63,055 bases of DNA from an uncultured Gammaproteobacteria bacterium (GTDB lineage: Bacteria; Patescibacteriota; Patescibacteriia; HK-STAS-PATE-3): assembly GCA_964637345.1 (NCBI GenBank), contig CAZWTD010000004.1, positions 1 through 63,055 on the forward strand, in the 5' to 3' direction. The notes under the pieces are model-generated. The model searched no databases, had not been told where the DNA came from, and worked only from the letters and a program-made list of their open reading frames with translations. Position 1 is the first letter of the stretch. Each line of letters starts with the position of its first letter. A program made the translations under genes and the position numbers. This document shows, one piece after another, positions 40,716 through 49,812 of the stretch.

Positions 40716-41948
40716 TCAGATTGTCGGCAGGCGTCCGAGGACGTCGCCGGCTTGCTTGAGGAAACCCCGGGCGATTTCGCAGGACTCGCGGGTCGGAACC
40801 GCCAGCGGCTCACTCGCCTGATCGAGGAGCGCGAGGACCTGGCCGCGAACCGGGAAACGGAAGCCCTCGTCGTTGATGGCGGCGAAACGCTTCCGGAGCG
40901 CGACTCGTCGACCCTCGAGTTCACCTGCCTTCGGAACCGGACGAATGCCGAGCTGAATGCGGGTCAAGACGAAGATGAAACGCTGAAGCTCGACGTGGAT
41001 CTCGGCCAGGCGAAGCGACTCGCGAGAACGAAGCAGGAGTGCAACCGCGGCCTCGGGGTGCTTTGGGAGCTTGAGCGCCGCCTCTCGAAACTCGTCCACC
41101 ACAAAACCCAAAGGAACAAGGAAGGGGTGGACATCAACCCGAAGCAACTCGGTAGCGTGCTGGCGTAGCCGGTGCTGCGCACGGGCCACGGTCAGCTCGT
41201 TCTCGTAGAAGCGTTGACGGCGGGTCTCAAGCTGCTGGACAAGATGCGTTACGAAATCGAGCGCCATATCAATCACGAACCAGGCGAGCTCATGAAGATT
41301 CAAGAGCGTCTTCTGGCGCGCAATGACGACGGGTTCGATTCGCATGATTCCGTCCTCGAGTCGCTCTCGAAACCGCTCCGATGCCGCGATGGCACGAACC
41401 ATCACAACCGTTGCATTCGCCCGACCGCGGATATCGCGAGCAGAAAGAAGATCGGAGAGGTATTGCTTCCCCTCCCGTTTCGGAAGATTCCGCGGCTCGC
41501 CGAGTTCATGGAGAATCTCTCCGGCAACAACCTTCAAGTCTTCAGCTGTCTCCCCGACGGTCACCGACCGAAGCCCGAGCGCGATCTGGTTCGCGTGGAG
41601 TGCGGCCTGGCGCGCCCGAAGCATGAGCGATTTCTCGCCGTGGTCGAGTACGAGGCCGTACGACGTGAGAACGTGCTCGACCTGACGGATCGCGTGGTAA
41701 ATCGAACCGACGGCCTGATACCGAAGATCCTCAGGCCGATAGCGATAGGCGCGACGCGAAGACTGATGGGTGATCAGACGGATCAACTCCTCCCAGCGCG
41801 GAACGAGGAAAAGACCGCGGTATTCAGGCGGACCGACGACAACGGCTAAGTCAGACCCGAACAGATTCGGACGAACCTGGAGGTCGGCGCGCTTCCGGCC
41901 GACCGTGACGGAAAGCGTCAGACGGCTGGAAGAACCGAGAGCGTGCAT
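40716..41948 (-). CDS. Hypothetical alpha-helical protein
   Basis: 410-aa ORF. Candidate promoter TTGACC-N17-TAGCCT upstream, and a terminator downstream. Confidence 0.7.
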   Translation of the reverse strand: MHALGSSSRLTLSVTVGRKRADLQVRPNLFGSDLAVVVGPPEYRGLFLVPRWEELIRLITHQSSRRAYRYRPEDLRYQAVGSIYHAIRQVEHVLTSYGLVLDHGEKSLMLRARQAALHANQIALGLRSVTVGETAEDLKVVAGEILHELGEPRNLPKREGKQYLSDLLSARDIRGRANATVVMVRAIAASERFRERLEDGIMRIEPVVIARQKTLLNLHELAWFVIDMALDFVTHLVQQLETRRQRFYENELTVARAQHRLRQHATELLRVDVHPFLVPLGFVVDEFREAALKLPKHPEAAVALLLRSRESLRLAEIHVELQRFIFVLTRIQLGIRPVPKAGELEGRRVALRKRFAAINDEGFRFPVRGQVLALLDQASEPLAVPTRESCEIARGFLKQAGDVLGRLPTI

Positions 41949-42024
41949 GCGACAACCCCTTTCTCGAAAGATGACAAAGAGCCTGCTGAGTGCAGGCGCA
42001 GGCTAGCAAATCATGAGACAACGG

Positions 42025-42321
42025 TCAATGCGCTGGGGTAATCTTCGGAGCTTTCTTCCGATCGCGAAGAAGCGCAATCCCCCAAATAAGGAAAACCGGG
42101 GCCAGCATCACGAGCCCAAGGAGTGTGGCGTCCGTCATGAGACCATTCGTCTTAGCCTCAAGAAAAGGTCCGCCCTCATAGCCAAGGAGATGGTCAACGA
42201 GGATCATTACGGTCGCGCCCCAGAGCATCAAACATAAGAGTTCAAGGCGAAAGCGCGGACGAAAACGTATCCACGCAAAGGTTGCCAGGAGAGCGGGAAT
42301 TGCTGTTGTGAGCAGCCACAT
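42025..42321 (-). CDS. Small 3-TM membrane protein
   Basis: LCLMLWGATVMILVDH. Related to the next gene. Confidence 0.75.
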   Translation of the reverse strand: MWLLTTAIPALLATFAWIRFRPRFRLELLCLMLWGATVMILVDHLLGYEGGPFLEAKTNGLMTDATLLGLVMLAPVFLIWGIALLRDRKKAPKITPAH

Positions 42322-42324
42322 GGC

Positions 42325-42654
42325 TTAGGCGCGAGGCGAGGCAGTTGAACGACTGGCGACCGTATTCGCAATGAGGACCATGACAGCCCAGAGCGCGACA
42401 ATCGCTAGAGTCATTGTTCCGCCAACGGTCAGGAGCTCCTTTAACATCACCCACGTTTCTTGCGGACTCCGCATCGCCGTCAGAAAAGGAGGAAACGGGA
42501 CAATTTCCTGATGCGCAATGTGCTCAACGAGAAGCATAATCGATCCGCCCCAGAGCATCGCGTTCAACCATTCAATATGATACCGCGCGGGAATTTTTTT
42601 CCGCAGAACGGTTGTGACAACTGCAGTTGCGACGGGGGCGGCGAGACAGGCCAT
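42325..42654 (-). CDS. Small 3-TM membrane protein
   Basis: MACLAAP start at 42654, and LNAMLWGGSIMLLVEH. Confidence 0.75.
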   Translation of the reverse strand: MACLAAPVATAVVTTVLRKKIPARYHIEWLNAMLWGGSIMLLVEHIAHQEIVPFPPFLTAMRSPQETWVMLKELLTVGGTMTLAIVALWAVMVLIANTVASRSTASPRA

Positions 42655-42730
42655 AGAAAAAGATGTTAGGGGTGAATACAAAAATCATACCGTCTTCGGC
42701 CACTCAGCGCAATGCACTGTACATTTTTCG

Positions 42731-45475
42731 CTACACTTCGGGCGCCTGCTCGACGCGAATAACGCCGCCAACTTCGAGAATAGCCGTATCGCGGCGTGAG
42801 AGTTGGCCCTGGAGGAGGAAGTTCGCAAGCGCGTTGTCGACCCGCTCCTGGATCGCGCGCCGCAAGGGCCGAGCCCCAAACATCGGATCAAAACCGATAT
42901 CGGCAAGCTCGCGAACCGCTTCATCGGACGCAATAAAGTTTATGCCTCGATCGGCAAGTTGATGCGCGATCGTCCCGAGCATAAGCCGAACAATCTCGAC
43001 AACCTCTTCCTTTGTCAACGGCTTAAAGACAATGATGCGGTCGAAGCGGTTCAAAAACTCCGGACGGAAGAAGCGACCAAGCTCATTCGCGATCAGCTCC
43101 ATCCGAATGGACTCAAGCGTGTGCCCTTCGCCAATGCGCTGTTGAATGAGCGCAGTTCCGGCGTTCGAGGTCGCGATAATAATGACGTTCGTGAAATCGA
43201 TCGTTCGGCCGCTTCCGTCGGTCAGGCGTCCATCGTCCATGACCTGAAGGAAGAGGTTCAAAACATCCGGGTGCGCTTTCTCAAGCTCGTCGAGGAGAAC
43301 GAGCGAGAAGGGACGTGCGCGGACCGCCTCGGTCAGCTGCCCGCCAGCGCCTGAACCTTGATAGCCGGGCGGCGCCCCAATCAGGCGGGCGATACTCGAG
43401 GGATCCTGATACTCGGACATATCAATCCGAATCATCGCTGTCTCCTCCCCGAAGTAGGCCTCGGCAACCGTTTTCGCTAATTCGGTTTTTCCAACTCCGG
43501 TCGGACCGAGGAAGAGAAAGTTGGCGATCGGGCGTTTCGGATCCCGAAGTTCGGTCCGTGCCCGTCGCAAGGCGGCGGCAACCGCCGACACAGCTTCATC
43601 TTGACCGATCATCCGCCGGTGCATGATCGACTCGAGGTTTAACAGTTTTTCGGTTTCTGATTGCGTAACGGTCGTTGCCTGGACGTGCGCTTTCTCTGAA
43701 ACAATTCGCGCGACATCTTCCGCCTCAACAAAGGCGTTCTTCCCCTTCGTTTTCCGAACCTCAACCGCAACTTCTTCAAGAAGCGCGATCGCTTTCTCAG
43801 GCAGGTAGCGATCGTGGAGGTAGCGCTGAGCGAGGGTTACCGTTTTCTCGAGTGCATCGTAGGTGAAAAAGACGTTGTGTTGATATTCAACCGGGCCGAC
43901 TTTCGATTCAAGCACGAGAATCGCGTTCTCCGTATCGACTTCTTCAATCTCCGTCTTCGTAAACAAACTCGCGAGCGCGGTTTTCCCTTCGATCGAGCGT
44001 CGATAGTCGATCGGCGTTGTCGTCGCAATAATTTGGAACAGACGGTTTCCGACCGCTTGAGCGAGTACGTCCGAAAGGTCAAGGTTATCGCCGCCCGAAG
44101 AGGAAACGCCGATGAGCGTTTGGACATTCTCAATAACGAGAATGACGTTCCCGGACCTGATGACCTCCTCGAGTATGCGATTCATCCGCGCTTCGAGCTG
44201 TCCCATCGATTTAGCTCCGCCGACCAGCGCCGGTACGGACAAAGCGACCAAGCGTTTATCTTTCAAAGGACCCGGAACATCGTCGGCCGCCATGCGCTGA
44301 GCGAGCCCGTGGATAATCGCCGTTTTTCCAACGCCCGAATTTCCAACAAGGATCGGACTTCCGCCTCGCTCGAGAACCCGATACAACTCATCGAGTTCGT
44401 GAACCCGGCCCACGGTCAGCGGGAGCGCGCCTGAACCAGCTAAGTCCGTAAGATCATGGCCAAACTGATTGAGGAGTCGGGTTTCCTGCGCGGTCATGGC
44501 GCGGTTCATGCCGTGCTTCGGTCGCCAAGCGCTGCGCGATCGATAACGCTTATACTGCGCACGCAGCATTTCCGTAATATGGATCCACGCCACAACCTGC
44601 CGAAGCTTCGTTTCGCTCACATTCAAATCGTCAAAGAGCTCGCTCGTCCGCTCGTCGGTTGTTGCAATCGCAACGAGGATTTCTGGAACGCCGATTTGCG
44701 GTCGCTTCGTTCGTTCAGCTTCGACGTAGGCCGAGAAAAAGAGTGCCTTCGTTACTCGTCCAAGGCGCGGCTCATCAGCCCAATCCTGGGGCAAGCCTGA
44801 GAAAAATTTTGCCATCCGCTCGGCAAGTGTTTTCCGATTGAGTCCAAGGCGGGTAAAAATAATCGCCGCGGTTTCGCTCGAGAGGAGCGCGGCAAGAAGA
44901 TGCGACGGATTAATTTCGCGATGATTCAATTTATCGGCAATGGTCCAGGCGGTCTGAAGCGCTCGTTCTGCTTCGAAGCTTAAGAGGTCGGCAACGTTCT
45001 CAAGCGCGTTGCTATTGACCCAGGCTTCAAAACTTTGTGGAGCCGCTATGAGCGGCGCTTCGTTCTTCTGGGCCTGCAGGACTTTTCGCGGACGCCGGTC
45101 GCGGTCAATCCGATAGTACACGTAGCAGTCAATAAATAACGACAACCAGAAGATGCGCGTGCTGAGATTATTGAGATCCCAAAAGTCCAGCGGCGTCCCG
45201 CCGTCGAGAAGAATTCGATAAAGCTCCCAGAAACCAAGCGCAAAACCGAGGGTTCCAAAAAGGATAAGGATCGTGTCGATGAAGATCCGTAAACGCCGTG
45301 CAGTTAATTCACCGGTGACCACTCGACGACCGAGTTGCTTCTTCCAATAGAGTCCGCGATTGCCATATGGCAACACAAATCCAACCCCGTCGCAGGTCAG
45401 GCACGTTGTATCGTGATTTGTCTGATCGACGAAATACCCGTCCCCGCCGCAGGTCGAGCACGCGGCGCGGGGCAT
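42731..45475 (-). CDS. ClpA/ClpB-family AAA+ ATPase with N-terminal zinc finger and TM helices
   Basis: CSTCGG..CLTCDG, two TMs, Clp-N-like region, GNSGVGKT, GPTGVGKTE, LLDELEKAH, FRPEFLNR, GARPLRR. Confidence 0.9.
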   Translation of the reverse strand: MPRAACSTCGGDGYFVDQTNHDTTCLTCDGVGFVLPYGNRGLYWKKQLGRRVVTGELTARRLRIFIDTILILFGTLGFALGFWELYRILLDGGTPLDFWDLNNLSTRIFWLSLFIDCYVYYRIDRDRRPRKVLQAQKNEAPLIAAPQSFEAWVNSNALENVADLLSFEAERALQTAWTIADKLNHREINPSHLLAALLSSETAAIIFTRLGLNRKTLAERMAKFFSGLPQDWADEPRLGRVTKALFFSAYVEAERTKRPQIGVPEILVAIATTDERTSELFDDLNVSETKLRQVVAWIHITEMLRAQYKRYRSRSAWRPKHGMNRAMTAQETRLLNQFGHDLTDLAGSGALPLTVGRVHELDELYRVLERGGSPILVGNSGVGKTAIIHGLAQRMAADDVPGPLKDKRLVALSVPALVGGAKSMGQLEARMNRILEEVIRSGNVILVIENVQTLIGVSSSGGDNLDLSDVLAQAVGNRLFQIIATTTPIDYRRSIEGKTALASLFTKTEIEEVDTENAILVLESKVGPVEYQHNVFFTYDALEKTVTLAQRYLHDRYLPEKAIALLEEVAVEVRKTKGKNAFVEAEDVARIVSEKAHVQATTVTQSETEKLLNLESIMHRRMIGQDEAVSAVAAALRRARTELRDPKRPIANFLFLGPTGVGKTELAKTVAEAYFGEETAMIRIDMSEYQDPSSIARLIGAPPGYQGSGAGGQLTEAVRARPFSLVLLDELEKAHPDVLNLFLQVMDDGRLTDGSGRTIDFTNVIIIATSNAGTALIQQRIGEGHTLESIRMELIANELGRFFRPEFLNRFDRIIVFKPLTKEEVVEIVRLMLGTIAHQLADRGINFIASDEAVRELADIGFDPMFGARPLRRAIQERVDNALANFLLQGQLSRRDTAILEVGGVIRVEQAPEV

Positions 45476-45488
45476 TTCGTTCGTCGGG

Positions 45489-45854
45489 TTAGAATTGACG
45501 GATGATGGCATAGACAATCAACACAGGAAGCGCAACCCAAAGGACGACGAGAATCCCAAAAAATGCGGACCAAAGGATAAGCCCGATCAAACGCCAGATG
45601 AGAACGAAGATGCGCAAAAAGAAGCTGATGATTCGTCCGCTCTTTGTATAATCCCCGTACATCGGGGTAAACATGTTCTGGAGCCAAATGCGCACCGAAA
45701 GCCGCTCGAGGGCGATGCGTACCTCTCGGATCCAGGCCCGAACAACCTTCATAAGCCCCCGCGTGTACCACCAAAACGGGAAGCGAACGATATCAAAAAG
45801 CAATTCCTGAAGAAGGAATGCGATCGAGTACTGGGTTTTTTCCGTCGCCTTCAT
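45489..45854 (-). CDS. Small membrane protein co-transcribed with the Clp ATPase
   Basis: FPFWWYTRG..NMFTPMYGD plus TM helices, ending 13 nt before the Clp start. Confidence 0.8.
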   Translation of the reverse strand: MKATEKTQYSIAFLLQELLFDIVRFPFWWYTRGLMKVVRAWIREVRIALERLSVRIWLQNMFTPMYGDYTKSGRIISFFLRIFVLIWRLIGLILWSAFFGILVVLWVALPVLIVYAIIRQF

Positions 45855-45937
45855 GTTCTCTTTGTTTTTCGTTTCAATTCAGACAAATACAATATAGCAC
45901 ATTTTTCATGTTTTGTAAACATCGCTACAAATGTGAA

Positions 45938-47056
45938 TCAGAATTTCCCGGACCGAATCGCCTTCCGGATCGCTTCCATGAGCCGCTGATAAAAACGGAC
46001 GTTATGGATTGTTGCAAACCGAGCAGCCAGCGGATCTTCAGTCGCGAACAAATGTCGAAGGTAGGCTCGGGTCGTTGTTCGGCAAGTCGGACAGTCACAG
46101 GTCGGATCAATTGGGCTAAGATCGCTCGCGTACTCGGACCGAGTAATCTTTAGCGTATCCCAAAACGCTCGATCGCCTACCGCAGCTTTCTTACGCCAGA
46201 CGTACAAAAGCTCATGGCGGGCGTTTCGGGTTGGAAGCACGCAATCGAAAAGATCGACTCCCCGCTTCACAGCGTCAACAATCTGGTTAGGTGGTCCAAC
46301 GCCCATAAGATAGTGCGGCGACTCCCCGGGGAGCTCAGGGACGACCCAGTCAAGAACGCGGTGAATTTCCGACTCCTCCATTTGCACGCGCTCGCCCATC
46401 GCAACGCCCCCAACAGCATAGCCGTCGAAAGGCATCGCGCCGATCGTCCGAGCGTGCTGAATCCGGAGATCTTTCACGTTTGCTCCTTGGACAATCCCAA
46501 AGAGGAGTTGGCCCTTCGGCCGCTTCGTCTTTAGGCAACGTTCGGCCCAGCGCGTCGTCCGCTCGACAGCTAACTCAATGACTGGACGGGACGCGTTATA
46601 CGAGGGACATTCATCGAAGGCCATCGCAATATCGGATTTCAACACCCCTTGAATCCGCATCGACTCCTCGGGGGAAAGCATACGAAGCGTTCCGTCGACA
46701 TCATCGCGAAAGGACACGCCCTCATCCGAAATTGTCCTAATGCCGGATAGACTAAAAACTTGATACCCGCCCGAGTCAGTCAGGATCGGCTTCGACCAGT
46801 GCATGAAGCGGTGCAGCCCGCGCGCCTTTTTGATGAGATCGAGCCCGGGACGAATCCAAAGGTGGTAGGTGTTCGCGAGGACAATCGGAACCCCGAGCTT
46901 CGGAAGCGCTTCAACCTCAAGCGCCCGAACCGAGCCGCGGGTTGCAATCGTCATAAACGCCGGCGTTTCAATCCGGCCGTGGGCCGTCCGGAGAAGCCCA
47001 AGCCGCGCCTGACTCTTCCGAGACGATTTCTCAATACGAAAAGTCTTGCTAGCCAT
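45938..47056 (-). CDS. tgt: Queuine tRNA-ribosyltransferase
   Basis: TPAFM, NTYHL, TDSGGYQ, FDCVLPTRNAR, CDCPTC..HN. ATG at 47056. Confidence 0.95.
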   Translation of the reverse strand: MASKTFRIEKSSRKSQARLGLLRTAHGRIETPAFMTIATRGSVRALEVEALPKLGVPIVLANTYHLWIRPGLDLIKKARGLHRFMHWSKPILTDSGGYQVFSLSGIRTISDEGVSFRDDVDGTLRMLSPEESMRIQGVLKSDIAMAFDECPSYNASRPVIELAVERTTRWAERCLKTKRPKGQLLFGIVQGANVKDLRIQHARTIGAMPFDGYAVGGVAMGERVQMEESEIHRVLDWVVPELPGESPHYLMGVGPPNQIVDAVKRGVDLFDCVLPTRNARHELLYVWRKKAAVGDRAFWDTLKITRSEYASDLSPIDPTCDCPTCRTTTRAYLRHLFATEDPLAARFATIHNVRFYQRLMEAIRKAIRSGKF

Positions 47057-49034
47057 TCGTGTTTTCTCCTTCAGCCGACTGGACCGTACCCTGGCCGTGT
47101 GCATATTGATCAGTTTCGCAGTTTGTCGTGAGTCCATCGCGCGTTTGTTCCAATGTGGCTCCTGTAAAACCATCGGTTCCGGTCAGCTTCGCCCCATCGA
47201 CGAGAATCATCACTGACCCGAGATCAGCGCTCGTTGGGCTGATCGACACGTCAAATTCCGCGGTCACTTTCCCTGTTTTCGAGCCTACTCCAGCCGGAAG
47301 GCGATCAAGCGTCCAGACGACTTCGCGTTTTGTGGGATCAAAGTTGAGCGTCCCGCTCGATGCTGTTACGGAGCGCCCAGTCCAAAATACGCTGCTTGGG
47401 ATAGTAGCTCGGATAGCGAGACCTGTCGCATCATTGATCGAGTTTTCGAGAGTCCAACGGATTCGATATCTCGTTGTCGAACCGACGCGCGGCGGAAGCG
47501 GACCGTCGCCGAGCTTTGTAAAATCCTCTTCGTAATACCGCGCTTCAGTTCCGAGCGTTACCTCGGTATTCACTTTCGTCGTCAGCGGCCCAGCACTTGC
47601 TTCGATCGGGCCCCCGAGATCTTTTGATGTTGCAGTAAAGCGGGCATTACTCACCACGGAGAAAGCTCCGTTCGCTTCGGAAGGCGTTTCGCTCACGCGA
47701 ATGGAAAAGCGGACATCGCCCGTCTCCCCGGACGCAATTTCTCCGAGCGCGCTTACTTCATCCTTCGTCCAGCGCAAGGTCGTTCCATCACGCACGGGTT
47801 TTTGGGCATCAGGGGCGTCAAAACTATCCCAATCTAAAACACTCCCTTCCGCTGTCAACTCGATGCTCGCATCACTCAAGGTATCATCGGTCGCGTTTTC
47901 ATAACGGACGACATATTCGAGCGCGCTTCCAAAGCTCGTCGAACTATCAACTGTCGAATCATTCACCGCTAAGGTAAAGGTGAGCGACGGCTGAACAATC
48001 TGTGTGATAATTTGCTTCTCAGTCTGGAGCTGGAAACTGCCGTCGCTACCAATCAACCCGACCCGGACGCGAATCTCGTGGAGGCTCCCGATCTCGCCGC
48101 TGAAGGTCCCGGTAAAGGTCAGGGTTCCGCCAGCGTTCGGGGCTAAATCACGAATAGCCCAGGCCTGGTCATTATCGAGCGCTGGCTCTGAAGAAACAAC
48201 GCTGCAGCCTTCCGGCAATTCGAGCTGAACGCGGGCGAGGCGCATCTGTTTTGTCGAGCGATTCGTGTAAGTAACCGTAAATGGGATTGGAGCATCAGGC
48301 ACAACGCGCGTCGGGCCTTCAAACTTCACCTCAAGAACTGAATCGGCCAGCGTCACGTCAGCGCTCGCTTCAGTCGTGAATTCGGAGTTGAAGGTTTCGG
48401 GAGTATAGGCCGCAGTCGCAGTAAAGCTTCGGGTCTCGCCGATATTTCCAACGAGCCGGCCGTTAATCTCAAGCCGGGCGCTTCGTCCGGGCGCGAGGTT
48501 ATCGAAGAGGAAAGCGTTCTTCGCGCTATTGGTCGGTTCTTCACTCGCGCTTTCGTAGGTAAAGCCCTGGGGGTAGGTTACGGCTATTTGGAGATTCTGG
48601 AGCGTTACTGCCTCCGAATTCTCTAGTTCAACGAGAACGGTTACCTCTCCGCCCGAGGCGAGCGTCTCAGGAAGCGTTACCTGAAGCTGAACACCATCGC
48701 CAGTAAAACGATCCGCAGCGGTAAAAACGAAGAAGCCGGCTACCGCGGCAGCGAGTCCGAGGAGAATACTCGAAAACACGATGAATTTCTTCCAGGAGCG
48801 TTTTGGCTTTCGGCTCAACTTCGTCATATCAACCCGGGACTCATCAGCAAAAGCGCTCGTCATGACCTTCGCGAAGGCATCAGCGGTGTTCGAAGTTGCG
48901 GTTGACTGGGACGGCGCTGAACTCGGCCTTTGCAGGATGGATTTCGGCTCCGGCTGAATAGTGGATGCATCCGGTCGAATCGTCCGCGGACTCGGCGCTG
49001 ACTGAGGTCGAATAATGCGTGGGGATTTCTTCAC
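47049..49034 (-). CDS. Membrane-anchored protein with tandem Ig-like beta domains
   Basis: Single TM near residue 85, followed by repeated beta-rich units. GTG start 7 nt after TG-n-TATACT. Confidence 0.8.
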   Translation of the reverse strand: MKKSPRIIRPQSAPSPRTIRPDASTIQPEPKSILQRPSSAPSQSTATSNTADAFAKVMTSAFADESRVDMTKLSRKPKRSWKKFIVFSSILLGLAAAVAGFFVFTAADRFTGDGVQLQVTLPETLASGGEVTVLVELENSEAVTLQNLQIAVTYPQGFTYESASEEPTNSAKNAFLFDNLAPGRSARLEINGRLVGNIGETRSFTATAAYTPETFNSEFTTEASADVTLADSVLEVKFEGPTRVVPDAPIPFTVTYTNRSTKQMRLARVQLELPEGCSVVSSEPALDNDQAWAIRDLAPNAGGTLTFTGTFSGEIGSLHEIRVRVGLIGSDGSFQLQTEKQIITQIVQPSLTFTLAVNDSTVDSSTSFGSALEYVVRYENATDDTLSDASIELTAEGSVLDWDSFDAPDAQKPVRDGTTLRWTKDEVSALGEIASGETGDVRFSIRVSETPSEANGAFSVVSNARFTATSKDLGGPIEASAGPLTTKVNTEVTLGTEARYYEEDFTKLGDGPLPPRVGSTTRYRIRWTLENSINDATGLAIRATIPSSVFWTGRSVTASSGTLNFDPTKREVVWTLDRLPAGVGSKTGKVTAEFDVSISPTSADLGSVMILVDGAKLTGTDGFTGATLEQTRDGLTTNCETDQYAHGQGTVQSAEGENTNG

Positions 49035-49052
49035 GCACTATAGTATAGCAGA

Positions 49053-49808
49053 TCAGACGGCAAGCGCGGACGCCCGATTCATGCTTCTCCAGAATGTATC
49101 GGTCGGAAGACGCTCTCCGAGATGGGCCAGCAAGGTTGACTCTACGATCTGCGCGGCCAAACGGTCGACCGCACCCCCCGCACTCTCCGCTTCTGTCTCA
49201 GTTAGGAGCCGATCGAGCGCCAGGGCGGCGGCCGTAGTGAACTGAACGCCGTCACTTGCCCGATCTTTACAAGAATCGCAGAGCGCTCCCCCCATCGAAG
49301 GCGAGTAGGAGCGGGATTCGCCCAATTCCTTCCCGCACGTCACGCAACGATCGAAGCGCGGCCGAAACCCGAGACGGTCAATCATCCGCCAAAGCGCGCG
49401 CCGAACAAGTAGGCCAAGACTCTGTGGAGTCGCTCCGGCGATTGACGTTATCGTATCCCGAATGAGGTCGTAGAGCTCGGCGTCCGCGTGTTCATCCTGA
49501 ACAAGGTGGTCGACTGCATCAAAAAGAAAACTCGCGGCCGCGAGGCGCCGAAGCTCCTCCCGCAATCCTTCCCAGGACTGAAGCCGGACGCTCCCGATAA
49601 TACGATTCGTTCGTCCGCGGGCAAAGCTTACCTGCGCCTCGGTCAGCGGCTCGAGCGATCCCGCGAGCTTGCTGACAATCCGCTGGGTCCCTTTCGCGGT
49701 GAGCGTCAGCTTCCCGAGCTCCCGGGTATAGACAACGATCCGACGATCAAAATCTCGAAGCGGCCGCCGCGTGAGAATGAGGCTGGTGACGTGATCGATC
49801 CTTCCCAT
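49053..49808 (-). CDS. recO: DNA repair protein RecO
   Basis: DFDRRIVVYTRELGK..AKG, and the zinc finger CVTCG..CDSC. ATG at 49808. Confidence 0.9.
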   Translation of the reverse strand: MGRIDHVTSLILTRRPLRDFDRRIVVYTRELGKLTLTAKGTQRIVSKLAGSLEPLTEAQVSFARGRTNRIIGSVRLQSWEGLREELRRLAAASFLFDAVDHLVQDEHADAELYDLIRDTITSIAGATPQSLGLLVRRALWRMIDRLGFRPRFDRCVTCGKELGESRSYSPSMGGALCDSCKDRASDGVQFTTAAALALDRLLTETEAESAGGAVDRLAAQIVESTLLAHLGERLPTDTFWRSMNRASALAV

Positions 49809-49812
49809 CTGC

